From the IMG/VR virus record IMGVR_UViG_3300020154_000003, positions 186,001 to 250,000 of that record: a DNA stretch of 64,000 bases, one strand, 5' to 3'. Below, in pieces: positions 30,737 through 40,275 of this stretch. Position 1 is the first letter of the stretch. The number at the start of each line of letters is the position of its first letter. The position numbers and the translations under genes are program-made. The notes beneath the pieces are model-generated. The model did not search any database. It saw only the letters and a program-made list of their open reading frames with translations, and was not told where the DNA came from.

Positions 30737-32383
30737 TTAAGGGTTTTGATAGTTACGTTCAAGAGCAGCAACCAATGAAACACTGTTAGTAGTACTTCTT
30801 GCAATTGTACCAGTAGCTTTTACATACTGACCAGTTGTCAAACCAATACCTACAACAGTCACATCAGCATCCGTAGCTGCAGTTCTACCACCTTGCTCGT
30901 TAGCATCATAATTGAAAGATAATTGAATGCTGTTCTGACCTGAAATATCACCAGTCATTGGATTACCATCATTGTCTTCAACTAACACTGCGCCAGATTC
31001 ATTAAAATCATTTCCAGCACCCGGAAGAGTGGTAAAATAAACCCAATATTTAGCACTAGCATCAGCAACCAAGTTAGCACCAAAGTTAAGAGTTAATACC
31101 GCAACGAATGGATATGTTCTTAATGTTCCGGTATTATCCGTAAACTGAATTCTGTTAGTATCTGCAGACTGGAATCCTTCAATTAATACACCACTACCAC
31201 CACCGTTAGGGTTAGTTGGGAGTGCGCTACCGCAAACCAACGTATCACCTACAAATCTTAATAATTCGTCTGTTGTCTTACCAATAACTGAATTTGTGGT
31301 TGAATCGATGTCAGTGTCTTGACGCAATTGATATTGCACCTTTTCATAAATTTCTTCCGCAGTTGCAGAGACAGGAACTGCTCTGTATAATGTGAATGAT
31401 TGATTACTCACAGCACTTGCGAAAGTTGTAGTTATTACAACTGTTGTTGCTCCCGGAGTACCACTTATATTATAAGTACCAGCATTTGCCCCTTCATGGA
31501 TAATTAACGTTCCACCAATGTAATCAGAACCAGCTATTCCACCTTCTGCACTTGTCAACGTAGTACCGCCTGCAGTAGTTGAACCATCAACTCCTGAATG
31601 AGTGCCTACATCTATTACGATACCAAAATTTCTATCTGTTGTTGAATCAATATCTTTAGTGAATGGCTGATCGAAATATTTAATGGTTATTTCACTATAT
31701 GGTGTATCACCAGATATAGTGCTATCATCTTCACTAATTTTCAAATCAGTACTTGTGTTTAACGCGAAGGCAAACACTTTAGGTGCTAAGAGATCAGTTG
31801 CACCAATTGAATTCAATGAAGACTGAGAGTAGACCTGACCTTGTTCACGCAAGAAGACCTGAAATGTTGACGATCTATTATAACCATCACCATAGTTTGC
31901 ATCACCATTAGGGTCATCAATGATTTGAACAACTTCGTTAACGGCACCTAAATAAACAAAATCAGTAGCACCATTGCCTTGGTTATAATAAACTTGGTCA
32001 TCTCCTTCTACTGTACCGATAGTTCTAATCCCTGCAAAATGCTTAATTACGTTGCCTGAGGTATTTCTTACAAGAAATCCACCATCACGAATGAGTTGAA
32101 TTGCGCCAGCATCTAGTAACTCCCAACCATTAACAAATTCGAAGAATTCGTCCGTGATAGGGTTCATCGGGAAGTCAAAGGCAGCTAAATTTTTGGTTTG
32201 AGGGTCATTACGCCATTCTTCCTTTAAGAAAGAGTAAAGGGCTTTAATGGTAAGACCGTCACTGGATAAATCACCAGTTTCGTTTAATTTAATGGTCTTA
32301 TTTGTTGTATTAATATAGACTTCGGTAGAGCCATTGTCAACCGAACCATCTGCCAGTAAATCTGGATCAATAATTTTTGCCAT
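30737..32383 (-). CDS. Putative virion structural or tail-associated protein
   Basis: 548 aa, T/G/D-rich, MAKIIDPD...ERNYQNP; late-type motif upstream. Confidence 0.65.
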   Translation of the reverse strand: MAKIIDPDLLADGSVDNGSTEVYINTTNKTIKLNETGDLSSDGLTIKALYSFLKEEWRNDPQTKNLAAFDFPMNPITDEFFEFVNGWELLDAGAIQLIRDGGFLVRNTSGNVIKHFAGIRTIGTVEGDDQVYYNQGNGATDFVYLGAVNEVVQIIDDPNGDANYGDGYNRSSTFQVFLREQGQVYSQSSLNSIGATDLLAPKVFAFALNTSTDLKISEDDSTISGDTPYSEITIKYFDQPFTKDIDSTTDRNFGIVIDVGTHSGVDGSTTAGGTTLTSAEGGIAGSDYIGGTLIIHEGANAGTYNISGTPGATTVVITTTFASAVSNQSFTLYRAVPVSATAEEIYEKVQYQLRQDTDIDSTTNSVIGKTTDELLRFVGDTLVCGSALPTNPNGGGSGVLIEGFQSADTNRIQFTDNTGTLRTYPFVAVLTLNFGANLVADASAKYWVYFTTLPGAGNDFNESGAVLVEDNDGNPMTGDISGQNSIQLSFNYDANEQGGRTAATDADVTVVGIGLTTGQYVKATGTIARSTTNSVSLVAALERNYQNP

Positions 32384-32547
32384 AAAGATGGGAAATTGTT
32401 ATTTATAATGAGATTGCTAATTTGTATGTACAACTAATGTACTATACACAAAATAAATACAAGATTTTTGTCCAAAAAATACCCACCTAAGGCAAAATCC
32501 CCACTTTTTTTCAAAAATATCATAAATTTATATAATATTTTATAAAT

Positions 32548-32841
32548 TTAATGCTCGTAGTCGTTGTCGTAGGTCACATTAACCTTTTTACGTGGAGGTG
32601 CCCCATGATCTTCCATGCAATGAACTGAGATACCGCCTATCTTACGAATAACGTCCAATGCTTGCTCACAGCCCGGATTTAGCGTCCATTGGCGCACCAA
32701 TTCCATCTGATAATGTTGTAGCATCGTAATATAATCCCCTACAGTTCTATTTACACCATCAGTTCTATCGGTTCCTAGCGAATCTTGATACTCCCGCTCA
32801 CCGTCAAGGAGCCTGTAAACCTCTTCTCTATTCATTTTCAT
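32548..32841 (-). CDS. Helical protein, possibly MazG/NTP-pyrophosphatase-like
   Basis: EREYQD...IRKIGGI.V..ME pattern; weak. Confidence 0.3.
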   Translation of the reverse strand: MKMNREEVYRLLDGEREYQDSLGTDRTDGVNRTVGDYITMLQHYQMELVRQWTLNPGCEQALDVIRKIGGISVHCMEDHGAPPRKKVNVTYDNDYEH

Positions 32842-33636
32842 ATACTTATCTTTAAAGATGTACCTTTTTTATTTTTTTTAAATTTTTACAACGTCACCCC
32901 CTAAGTGTTTTCCCTTAGAGATTCGAACGATATTTTTATTAGTTTGTCCTTTTTAAAATTTTTCCACGTAAATGAATCAACGTATAGCGTAGATACTTCT
33001 GCTTCCATCGTAATAGTATTACCATACAAAGTTCTGAGATCGTTCACATATTTGGAAACTACTGGCGATTGATAAAACTTCACAACATCTTCAATCAAAT
33101 CCTTGGCAAACGTCTCTGCCTTACGTTTTGTTTCAATTATATCTTTACTTTTTGAAAATCTTTTCAACTTACCCCGATCATATAATCGTCTCGTTATTCC
33201 GAACGCAAGTGTGTAGATGAATGATGTTTCTCTTTGTATTTCAAAACTTGTATGTGCATTAATTACATGTCTTAATAACTCTTCAAGCATCACTGTCATT
33301 ATGAATTTATCGCCTTCTTCCAGACCATTCAGCACACCCGTACCAATCCATTTCGGAATAGCTGCATTTATCTTAACTTCAGTCCACACTTCCTTGCTTC
33401 TCTTCCTCTCCTTTTCGATAATGATTGATTGAATCAGATCATATGTCACTTCATCTAAAAGTTCGTCAAGTCGATCAGGATCGAACTTCAACTCTTTTCT
33501 TTTCTCTCTCATCTACAGACAATTGGTTTCTTTGCTCCATCGCAATTTCTACAGTCTGTGATGATCACACCTTTTGTACTCTTAGGTTGATACTTACCAC
33601 AGTTGCAGTACTTTTTGATGATGATTCCTTTACCTC

Positions 33637-33999
33637 TCAAAACTTAATTACTTTGACTTTAAGTTTATGTTTTCTCGCCAGATCAATCATGTGACCAGTA
33701 CCTGAACTTATTCCATCCCAAAAACAAACACATCCTCCATCGGGTGCTGCATACATTGCCATCTCTTCATTGCGAATATAACCAGCCCTAAGTCCATATT
33801 TTCCCCAATCGGCAGGCATCCGCTTAATTAAGTAACCACGTTCCTCAGCATACCTCTCTCCAAGCTTATCTGCACCACGGGCTGTACCAGACACGATCTC
33901 GATCTCATCCTCAATTTTGGATAAATAATAATCTAACCTTTCTTTAAGAAAGCCATAATTATTAAAACCTCTGGAGCCAGCAACAATTAATTTGAACAT
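33637..33999 (-). CDS. SLOG superfamily (YspA-like/DUF2493) protein
   Basis: IVAGSRGF, IVSGTARGAD, AGYIRNEEM, FWDG.S.GT. Confidence 0.85.
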   Translation of the reverse strand: MFKLIVAGSRGFNNYGFLKERLDYYLSKIEDEIEIVSGTARGADKLGERYAEERGYLIKRMPADWGKYGLRAGYIRNEEMAMYAAPDGGCVCFWDGISSGTGHMIDLARKHKLKVKVIKF

Positions 34000-34007
34000 A
34001 ATTAATC

Positions 34008-34502
34008 TTAACTCCTGAAAGCTTCCCTTTCTTCTTCTTCAAAATTTGATCTTACTGTGGTTATGATTTCACCCAACCAATTGGTTCCTTGCCAAGTATT
34101 GCGATCTAACGCACGGCTATCGCTTTCACGTAATCCAATACCCCAAATCTTATCTTCAGGAGAAGCTTCAACTAACGTTGTTCCTCTGGTGAGCATTAAT
34201 CCATCATAGAGATCACTGTCTTGTGAGAACTTTGCATAATTGGCATCGTAAACAAATTTTCTACACCATTTCTCCCACAAATCTTTGTTGAAGTTCTTCA
34301 CTTCCCGACCAAATTGTTTCTGATCTTTTGGTTTTTTTGTGGCCATAATTTTGGCTGCAGTTTCAAAATCATTGAATAGCAATGCTTTCTTAACCATCAT
34401 GTATTGCTCACAGCAGTTATATTCAACACCATCTATAATGAATTTAGATGGACACCATTGACTGAAAATGCCTCCCCAAAAAAATGTGAATTTTTCTTTC
34501 AT
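34008..34502 (-). CDS. ybiA: NADAR family (YbiA-like) N-glycosidase / ADP-ribosyl hydrolase
   Basis: FSQW, EQYMM.KKA.LF.D, KF.Q, LVEASP.D.IWGIG, W.G.N.LG. Confidence 0.9.
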   Translation of the reverse strand: MKEKFTFFWGGIFSQWCPSKFIIDGVEYNCCEQYMMVKKALLFNDFETAAKIMATKKPKDQKQFGREVKNFNKDLWEKWCRKFVYDANYAKFSQDSDLYDGLMLTRGTTLVEASPEDKIWGIGLRESDSRALDRNTWQGTNWLGEIITTVRSNFEEEEREAFRS

Positions 34503-34749
34503 ATATTATTTACTTATAATTTTAAAGCGTCAACTAATTTTAATATTGATTTCCATTTCTCCGGGGTATTGTACTCACAAACAATCATCTTGGTTGGGGT
34601 GTGGTATTCAATACAATAGGTGCAATCTGCATTCTTATAAGCATGAATACCTATCAAATCACTTTGTTTAATGGCAACGTGTAATGTATCGTCAAGATAT
34701 ATCTTAATGTAATTGTTATGTATCTTGACTTCGTATTTTATTTCGCCAT

Positions 34750-36015
34750 TCATTTTACAATTCTCCAGAAGAATCCACCAGTCTTGCTTAGTCTGCCAGC
34801 ACAGCAGTTTGAAATACTGCTTGCTCTACAGCCAGAAGCTTTAGAAGCTTCGCGAAGATTATCGAATTCATTGATCAAGTTCCAGTTCAAATCATATTGT
34901 TTAATGATCTGGATAGGTTGAATCTTTTGAGCGATCTCGCCATCCTGCTTGTACCGCCATGCGAATCCACCAACTTTCTTAAGTTTACCTTCGCAACATG
35001 CTACTATGCTTGTTCTGATGATACCTAGTTCAGCGACAACATCTTTGATTGATGTCCATTCCTTCATGAACTCACCGTTAAGTTTATATTGAAGAACGGG
35101 GATGTGATTTGTTTTCCGTTTGGCAACCTCAGGTTTAATTAATGATTGAATCTCCAATGGATATGTAGTATCCGTCATTTCCAACCACTGATAACCACCT
35201 GCTGTTTTTTGGGTTCCTTTAATGCAGCCATAGATGCCTTCCTTATCTACACCAATTTCTTTTTCGATGACGTATAGACGTTCCCATTCTCTAATGAATT
35301 TACCGTCCAACCCATACTGAAGAAACGTTTTGATGGGCTGTATTTTCATCGGGTAATTATCTGTTTTGTACCTCCACTGATAATTCCATGCACTGTGATG
35401 TTTGTTGGTTAAACAAGCACTGATCATGCTGCCGTTTGTTTTTCCGTAATGACTTGATGCTTCAACGATGCTATCCCATTCTCTTACGAAATCACCATTG
35501 AGTTTGTATTGAAGGATCGGTTTGAAACCTTTGTTGGTGTTATCATAAGGTTCGATTGTGAGGGGAGTTTTATATGGTTCAATGGTGTCATGGTTTTCGA
35601 CTTCATCCACCGTCTTATATTTCCACTTAAAACCTACGGCAGTTTTTGACTTACCATTAACACAAGCATTCAAAGATGATGGATGAATGTTGTAATGACG
35701 AGCGGGTAAATTAATTGAATCCCATTCCTTAATCAAGTTATCTTGTAGATCGTACTGTTCGACAACTCGTTTAACTGTTTCACCATAACGCCACTGGAAA
35801 CCTCCAACGCTCTTTGCCTTTTTACGGCAACACTTAATGAGTAAATTATAATCTAATTTTAAATCTCTGGAAGCCTGTGCGATACTTTCCCACTCTTTAA
35901 TGAAGTTGCCTTCGAAATCGTATTGAAGTATTGTGTTTTTATGTCGTCCTGATCTTTCTTTACTGTGTCTCAGTTTTTCTTCTTCAGTCCAAGTTCCTCT
36001 ACCTGCTTGTTTCAT
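34750..36015 (-). CDS. Protein with six tandem NUMOD1-like DNA-binding repeats and no nuclease domain
   Basis: 6x QY.L.G.F(I/V)(K/R)EW.S...C...K..GG(F/Y).W.Y. Confidence 0.8.
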   Translation of the reverse strand: MKQAGRGTWTEEEKLRHSKERSGRHKNTILQYDFEGNFIKEWESIAQASRDLKLDYNLLIKCCRKKAKSVGGFQWRYGETVKRVVEQYDLQDNLIKEWDSINLPARHYNIHPSSLNACVNGKSKTAVGFKWKYKTVDEVENHDTIEPYKTPLTIEPYDNTNKGFKPILQYKLNGDFVREWDSIVEASSHYGKTNGSMISACLTNKHHSAWNYQWRYKTDNYPMKIQPIKTFLQYGLDGKFIREWERLYVIEKEIGVDKEGIYGCIKGTQKTAGGYQWLEMTDTTYPLEIQSLIKPEVAKRKTNHIPVLQYKLNGEFMKEWTSIKDVVAELGIIRTSIVACCEGKLKKVGGFAWRYKQDGEIAQKIQPIQIIKQYDLNWNLINEFDNLREASKASGCRASSISNCCAGRLSKTGGFFWRIVK

Positions 36016-36489
36016 CTATTCTATGTTAGTTATGTTTTTAATAATAAAATCCGTTACCTTGAAATGTCTATGGAAATCTTCGGGTGCTAAAAAAATAGCA
36101 ATCGTATTCTCATCATAAGGGTGTGGTGTGAAAAATATTGTGTAGTGTTCGTCAGGAGGGAGTTCACCGCGCCTTGCTTCTATAGATAATGGAGTATAGA
36201 AATACTCGTATTCTTTACCAACAATAAATTTCTCAGTTTGTTTAAATGAGTATATTTCATGAATGCAGACACATATATCTTCTGCATATTCTATATCGAA
36301 ATCCACTTAGCAAAAATACATCATTTCTTGAATAATGCAAACTTTTCAAGAAAAGATGAAAAAAATTATTTTTTCTGGAGAGGGCAAAAATCCGGGTATT
36401 TCCTTAATTTATAATGGAGAAAACGGTCGCTATCGAAGCAGCTAACAATAGACCACCCAAAACGTCTCAGAATTGGATTTAAAAGGAGT

Positions 36490-37002
36490 TTAATTAGCGA
36501 TCTGTGCTGTTTCATACAACATCTTATGTTCGCTGAAATGCTTCCCTACGCCCCTCCAAAGGTCAGATATATTCTCAGGAAGACACTTTAATTCTTTGGC
36601 TAGTACTCGTGAGGTTTTTATCCCTTTCATCGAATAGATGTAAAAAGATTGCCTTTTAGTGAATCTGGCGTTCGGTCGTTTCTTCCCACCTCGAAGTTTT
36701 TTCAACTCCATGTTTTCTTGGTGGGTAACCCATTTGAGATTCCATGCGGCATTATTGGTCACATCGTTATCTCCGTGATCGACAAAAGGTTTGTTTTCTG
36801 GATTATCTACAAAGACGCTGGCAACCAGTACGTGAACACGTCTGCGTTTTCTGCCGATATTTACACTCAGATACCCACTCTTAATGAATGGGGTGAGTTT
36901 CATGATATAATCTTTACTTCTTACTCTTCCTTGGTTGGAAACAAAATAGGTGGTGTTTTCAAATCCTAATATGGAAGAAGGTATTAGCTTCCAAATCTCC
37001 AT
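36490..37002 (-). CDS. NUMOD4-HNH homing endonuclease
   Basis: EIWK.I...Y.VSN.GRVRS; VHVLVA..F...VDH.D....NN...NL.W....EN. Confidence 0.85.
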   Translation of the reverse strand: MEIWKLIPSSILGFENTTYFVSNQGRVRSKDYIMKLTPFIKSGYLSVNIGRKRRRVHVLVASVFVDNPENKPFVDHGDNDVTNNAAWNLKWVTHQENMELKKLRGGKKRPNARFTKRQSFYIYSMKGIKTSRVLAKELKCLPENISDLWRGVGKHFSEHKMLYETAQIAN

Positions 37003-37634
37003 CAGTCTTTCTTTTCCTTATTGGCGTTTATTCTGTTTTGAATTTCCCTGAATACCAAATTTGATCTTTCTTCAAGGTCGTCCAAATCAACAGGTTCAAT
37101 GATTCTATTAACCCATTGATCTTTATCCAGACCATCAATGTTTACAAAGTTATCTGCTTTGAGATGCCTAACGATTAAACGTGAATGGGTGATTATCATC
37201 ACACCGAGACATTTCTCATTTTTAATTAGATTTCTCAACGTTTTGTTGAGATAGTGAACAAGACCCATCACGGTTTCCTCACCCATCCCGATCTCAGGTT
37301 CATCTATGACTATATAGCGATCTCCACAATTTTTGATCAAAGCTTTTATCTTACCAATAGTCTCAATAGATGTCGGAGACCAATCAACGTCACGCATGAT
37401 GCCACTTAATGCACCGAAGTCTGGACGCGATTCAGTTCTTTGTTGCATACTGGTTTGAGCCACGATATTTTTTGTTTCATCGCGTTTGAGTTTTGCAGCA
37501 ATTCTTGGCCCTAAGATTTTCCGAATCATACTCTTACCAGCACCATTGGAGCCAGTAAGAACTGTGATCTTATAAGGTTCGATGTTTTCTGCAATCTCGA
37601 TGAGATCATCAACATGATCGATGACATTCTTCAT
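37002..37634 (-). CDS. ABC/AAA-type ATPase
   Basis: Walker A GSNGAGKS, Walker B IVIDEPE, H-loop ITHS. Confidence 0.8.
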   Translation of the reverse strand: MKNVIDHVDDLIEIAENIEPYKITVLTGSNGAGKSMIRKILGPRIAAKLKRDETKNIVAQTSMQQRTESRPDFGALSGIMRDVDWSPTSIETIGKIKALIKNCGDRYIVIDEPEIGMGEETVMGLVHYLNKTLRNLIKNEKCLGVMIITHSRLIVRHLKADNFVNIDGLDKDQWVNRIIEPVDLDDLEERSNLVFREIQNRINANKEKKD

Positions 37635-38104
37635 AACAGTTCAAATGCTTTTTCAATCCCAACTCGTACAGCATCGTAGTAATTTTCATAGGATTGAATA
37701 ATCCCTATGCGCTCCCACTTACCTACAACATTATCATAGTTCCAACGCCATAGGGCCACTCTGTTGGTTCCAACCGCATCACTGTGACCTATATCAATTT
37801 TGATTTTATGAGTTTCCCGAAACCAATCAATAAGTTGTTGGTACATGGGCACTTCAAGAAGATGGTAAGCAAACTTATGTAATTCCGTTTCAGTGTCGTG
37901 GACATCCAAATTAGTGTCAGGATTAACACCCTCAATGAATAGATATGGTTCAGTTTCACCATACCTCCCATTTTCGTTCAATCGCCCACTTCCAAAAACA
38001 TAATAATTAGCAATACAATAGTCCTGAAAACCAGATTCTTTAGCTTTTTCAGCTAGTTCTTCAGGAACCAAAAGGTCAGCAATTGAAAACTTTCGTCCAT
38101 TCAT
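37631..38104 (-). CDS. Hypothetical phage protein, paralog of 59443..60084
   Basis: LV..ELA...KE.GF...P.YQQ.IDWFRE...GIEKA. Confidence 0.55.
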   Translation of the reverse strand: MNGRKFSIADLLVPEELAEKAKESGFQDYCIANYYVFGSGRLNENGRYGETEPYLFIEGVNPDTNLDVHDTETELHKFAYHLLEVPMYQQLIDWFRETHKIKIDIGHSDAVGTNRVALWRWNYDNVVGKWERIGIIQSYENYYDAVRVGIEKAFELL

Positions 38105-38111
38105 ACCTTTT

Positions 38112-38136
38112 TATACGTAAAAAACGTACAAAAGTT
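38112..38136 (-). promoter_or_regulatory. Phage promoter AAC-N16-CGTATA
   Basis: 7 nt before ATG 38104. Confidence 0.75.
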
Positions 38137-38550
38137 ATTTTTTTATAGATACTATTTTGTAGGTGCGGAATAACAAAGGGTGAGTTTCCAAAGCTTTATT
38201 GATTGCCGCTCTAGCAGCTATTTCGCTATGGAAACGTCTGGCTCTATTATAGTCCAAAGTACGTGGTGGGTCACCAGCAGTACCTTCAGTTAACCAGCAA
38301 TTATCATCACCCACTGTCACTACAAATCTAGGCTTGACGTTTTCAGTAGGTGCTGGTATGATTTCAGGCTTACGTAAAAGATTAACCAGCGATGGATTTT
38401 TATTGAACAATTCAACTATTGCTTCCCAATCTTCACGCTTAACTATGACATGTTCATACGATAAACCAACTTCTCTTCCTAACGAAACATGTCTTTCAAG
38501 AAAATTGTGCCCAACAATTATTTTTTCTCTTCTATCCATCGCCGCATTAT

Positions 38551-39444
38551 TTATTCTTCCCAATCAATACCGGGGCAGTTGTCCTTCTTCAATGCTTTCA
38601 GTACTTCCCACAAAGTTGCAATTCCATTCCCCAACCATACGAAAGGAGATACAGTGGTTCTCAATGCACCACCAATCTTGGCTCTGCGCTCTTCGCAAGG
38701 GATGCAGTATTTTGCATATTTACATATCAGCATTATTATAAGCCTAATAATACCATAAAGAATTAGAAGTGCAGCACTAATGATGACGCAGGCCACGAGA
38801 ATAAGTAACGTCCATTTACCTATAATCAACCAATTCAGTGTGATCAACCAACTAACTAACAAATATAAAAGATATAGAACACCAATACCGATGGCAGCTA
38901 GAATGAATTTTGCTGATTTTTTTATCCACATCGTGGTATTTGCAATTCGCTTAGTTCTGCTTACTTCTCGCTCTTTAGCCAACTCTTTTTCCCTTTCGTT
39001 TTGGGCCACCAGTTTTTGATAGTATTTTAATTGAACTGTTTGGGTCGTTTCATAATCCAAATTGTACCAAAGTGATCTGTATTTCTTACCACCTTTAAAA
39101 TCTTTTGTATGCATTGCAAAAAGTCTTCTCAGGAACTCAGTATCCTTTCCATCAGCAATGTCTTTTTGAACTTTCAATCGCATTTGATCTACCCATTCAC
39201 GATGCTTGCGATCACAATAGTCGTTATACATATCAAACGGTATTGAAAGTTGCTTTCCAATTGATATAAGTAAGTTCTTTACACCAACGAAAATTGCGAA
39301 CGGAGTCACAATAATGACATTAAGAACTGATAACCAGAAATATGGACACATATTCCTAAATTCATAATATTCGTAACCCCAAATCCACCTCATCAGCTTT
39401 ACGTGCCACGAATTCTTTTTTAATACAAATACATCTTTAATCAT
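38551..39444 (-). CDS. Membrane protein, paralog of 49578..50138
   Basis: W...WI.G...N.CPYFW motif plus TM helices. Confidence 0.6.
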   Translation of the reverse strand: MIKDVFVLKKNSWHVKLMRWIWGYEYYEFRNMCPYFWLSVLNVIIVTPFAIFVGVKNLLISIGKQLSIPFDMYNDYCDRKHREWVDQMRLKVQKDIADGKDTEFLRRLFAMHTKDFKGGKKYRSLWYNLDYETTQTVQLKYYQKLVAQNEREKELAKEREVSRTKRIANTTMWIKKSAKFILAAIGIGVLYLLYLLVSWLITLNWLIIGKWTLLILVACVIISAALLILYGIIRLIIMLICKYAKYCIPCEERRAKIGGALRTTVSPFVWLGNGIATLWEVLKALKKDNCPGIDWEE

Positions 39445-40275
39445 CTTGAATATTGTTTATTGTTCAAATTTAGCTTTTAATCTTAGATATTCCAAACGTT
39501 CTCGTTCTTCAAATTCTTTTTTTCTATCTTCTTCGATTTTTACTCGCTTAAAGTACTCGTCATCCGTTTCAGGTCTTTTTCTCGCAACAATTATGTAAAA
39601 CGTGTAGTATGTCCTTTCCGTATCGTCACAACTGAACGGCACCGCGCTAGTTTCCTCTCGCCACGTAAAATTTAGAACTCGATCAGTTTTGAGCAATACT
39701 TTACATTCGAGAAAATCGCCCCATGTAATATCACACTTATAACCTTCATTATGCTTTATTGCAAACTCTAGTGTGTCTTCAACAGTTCTACGTGGTTCCA
39801 TGATTTTATTGATCAAAAGACATTTTACTCAATTCCTCCAAAGTATAACCTTTATACTTTTCAACGGTTGGTATGAGGACTTGTTTTATCCATTCAGGAT
39901 GTGTGGTATCAATTTCAAAACTATCGCAGGCACCAAAGAATGAAGCAATAAAGCCAGCATGTCGAATTATTAACCAAGGTTTATCCTTGTATGGTCTACT
40001 TATTCTTCGCGTATCGCCTCTCATAGATATTTTTTCTGCAACTCCAAACCTTTGGCGTTCAACCCATAGCACCAGTACTCGTCATAATGGCCACCATCTT
40101 TCTTTTCAGTTAATTCAGCATCCTTGAATATTCTGATTTCTTTATCCCATTTCGCAATGAATGCATCATCACTTGATCGACCAGACCACCTATTTTTATG
40201 AGTTTCCTTTGCAGCTAATGCCTTCAAAAAAGCGATCTCACGGTCGGTTAAATTATACGTTATTTCCATAATATT

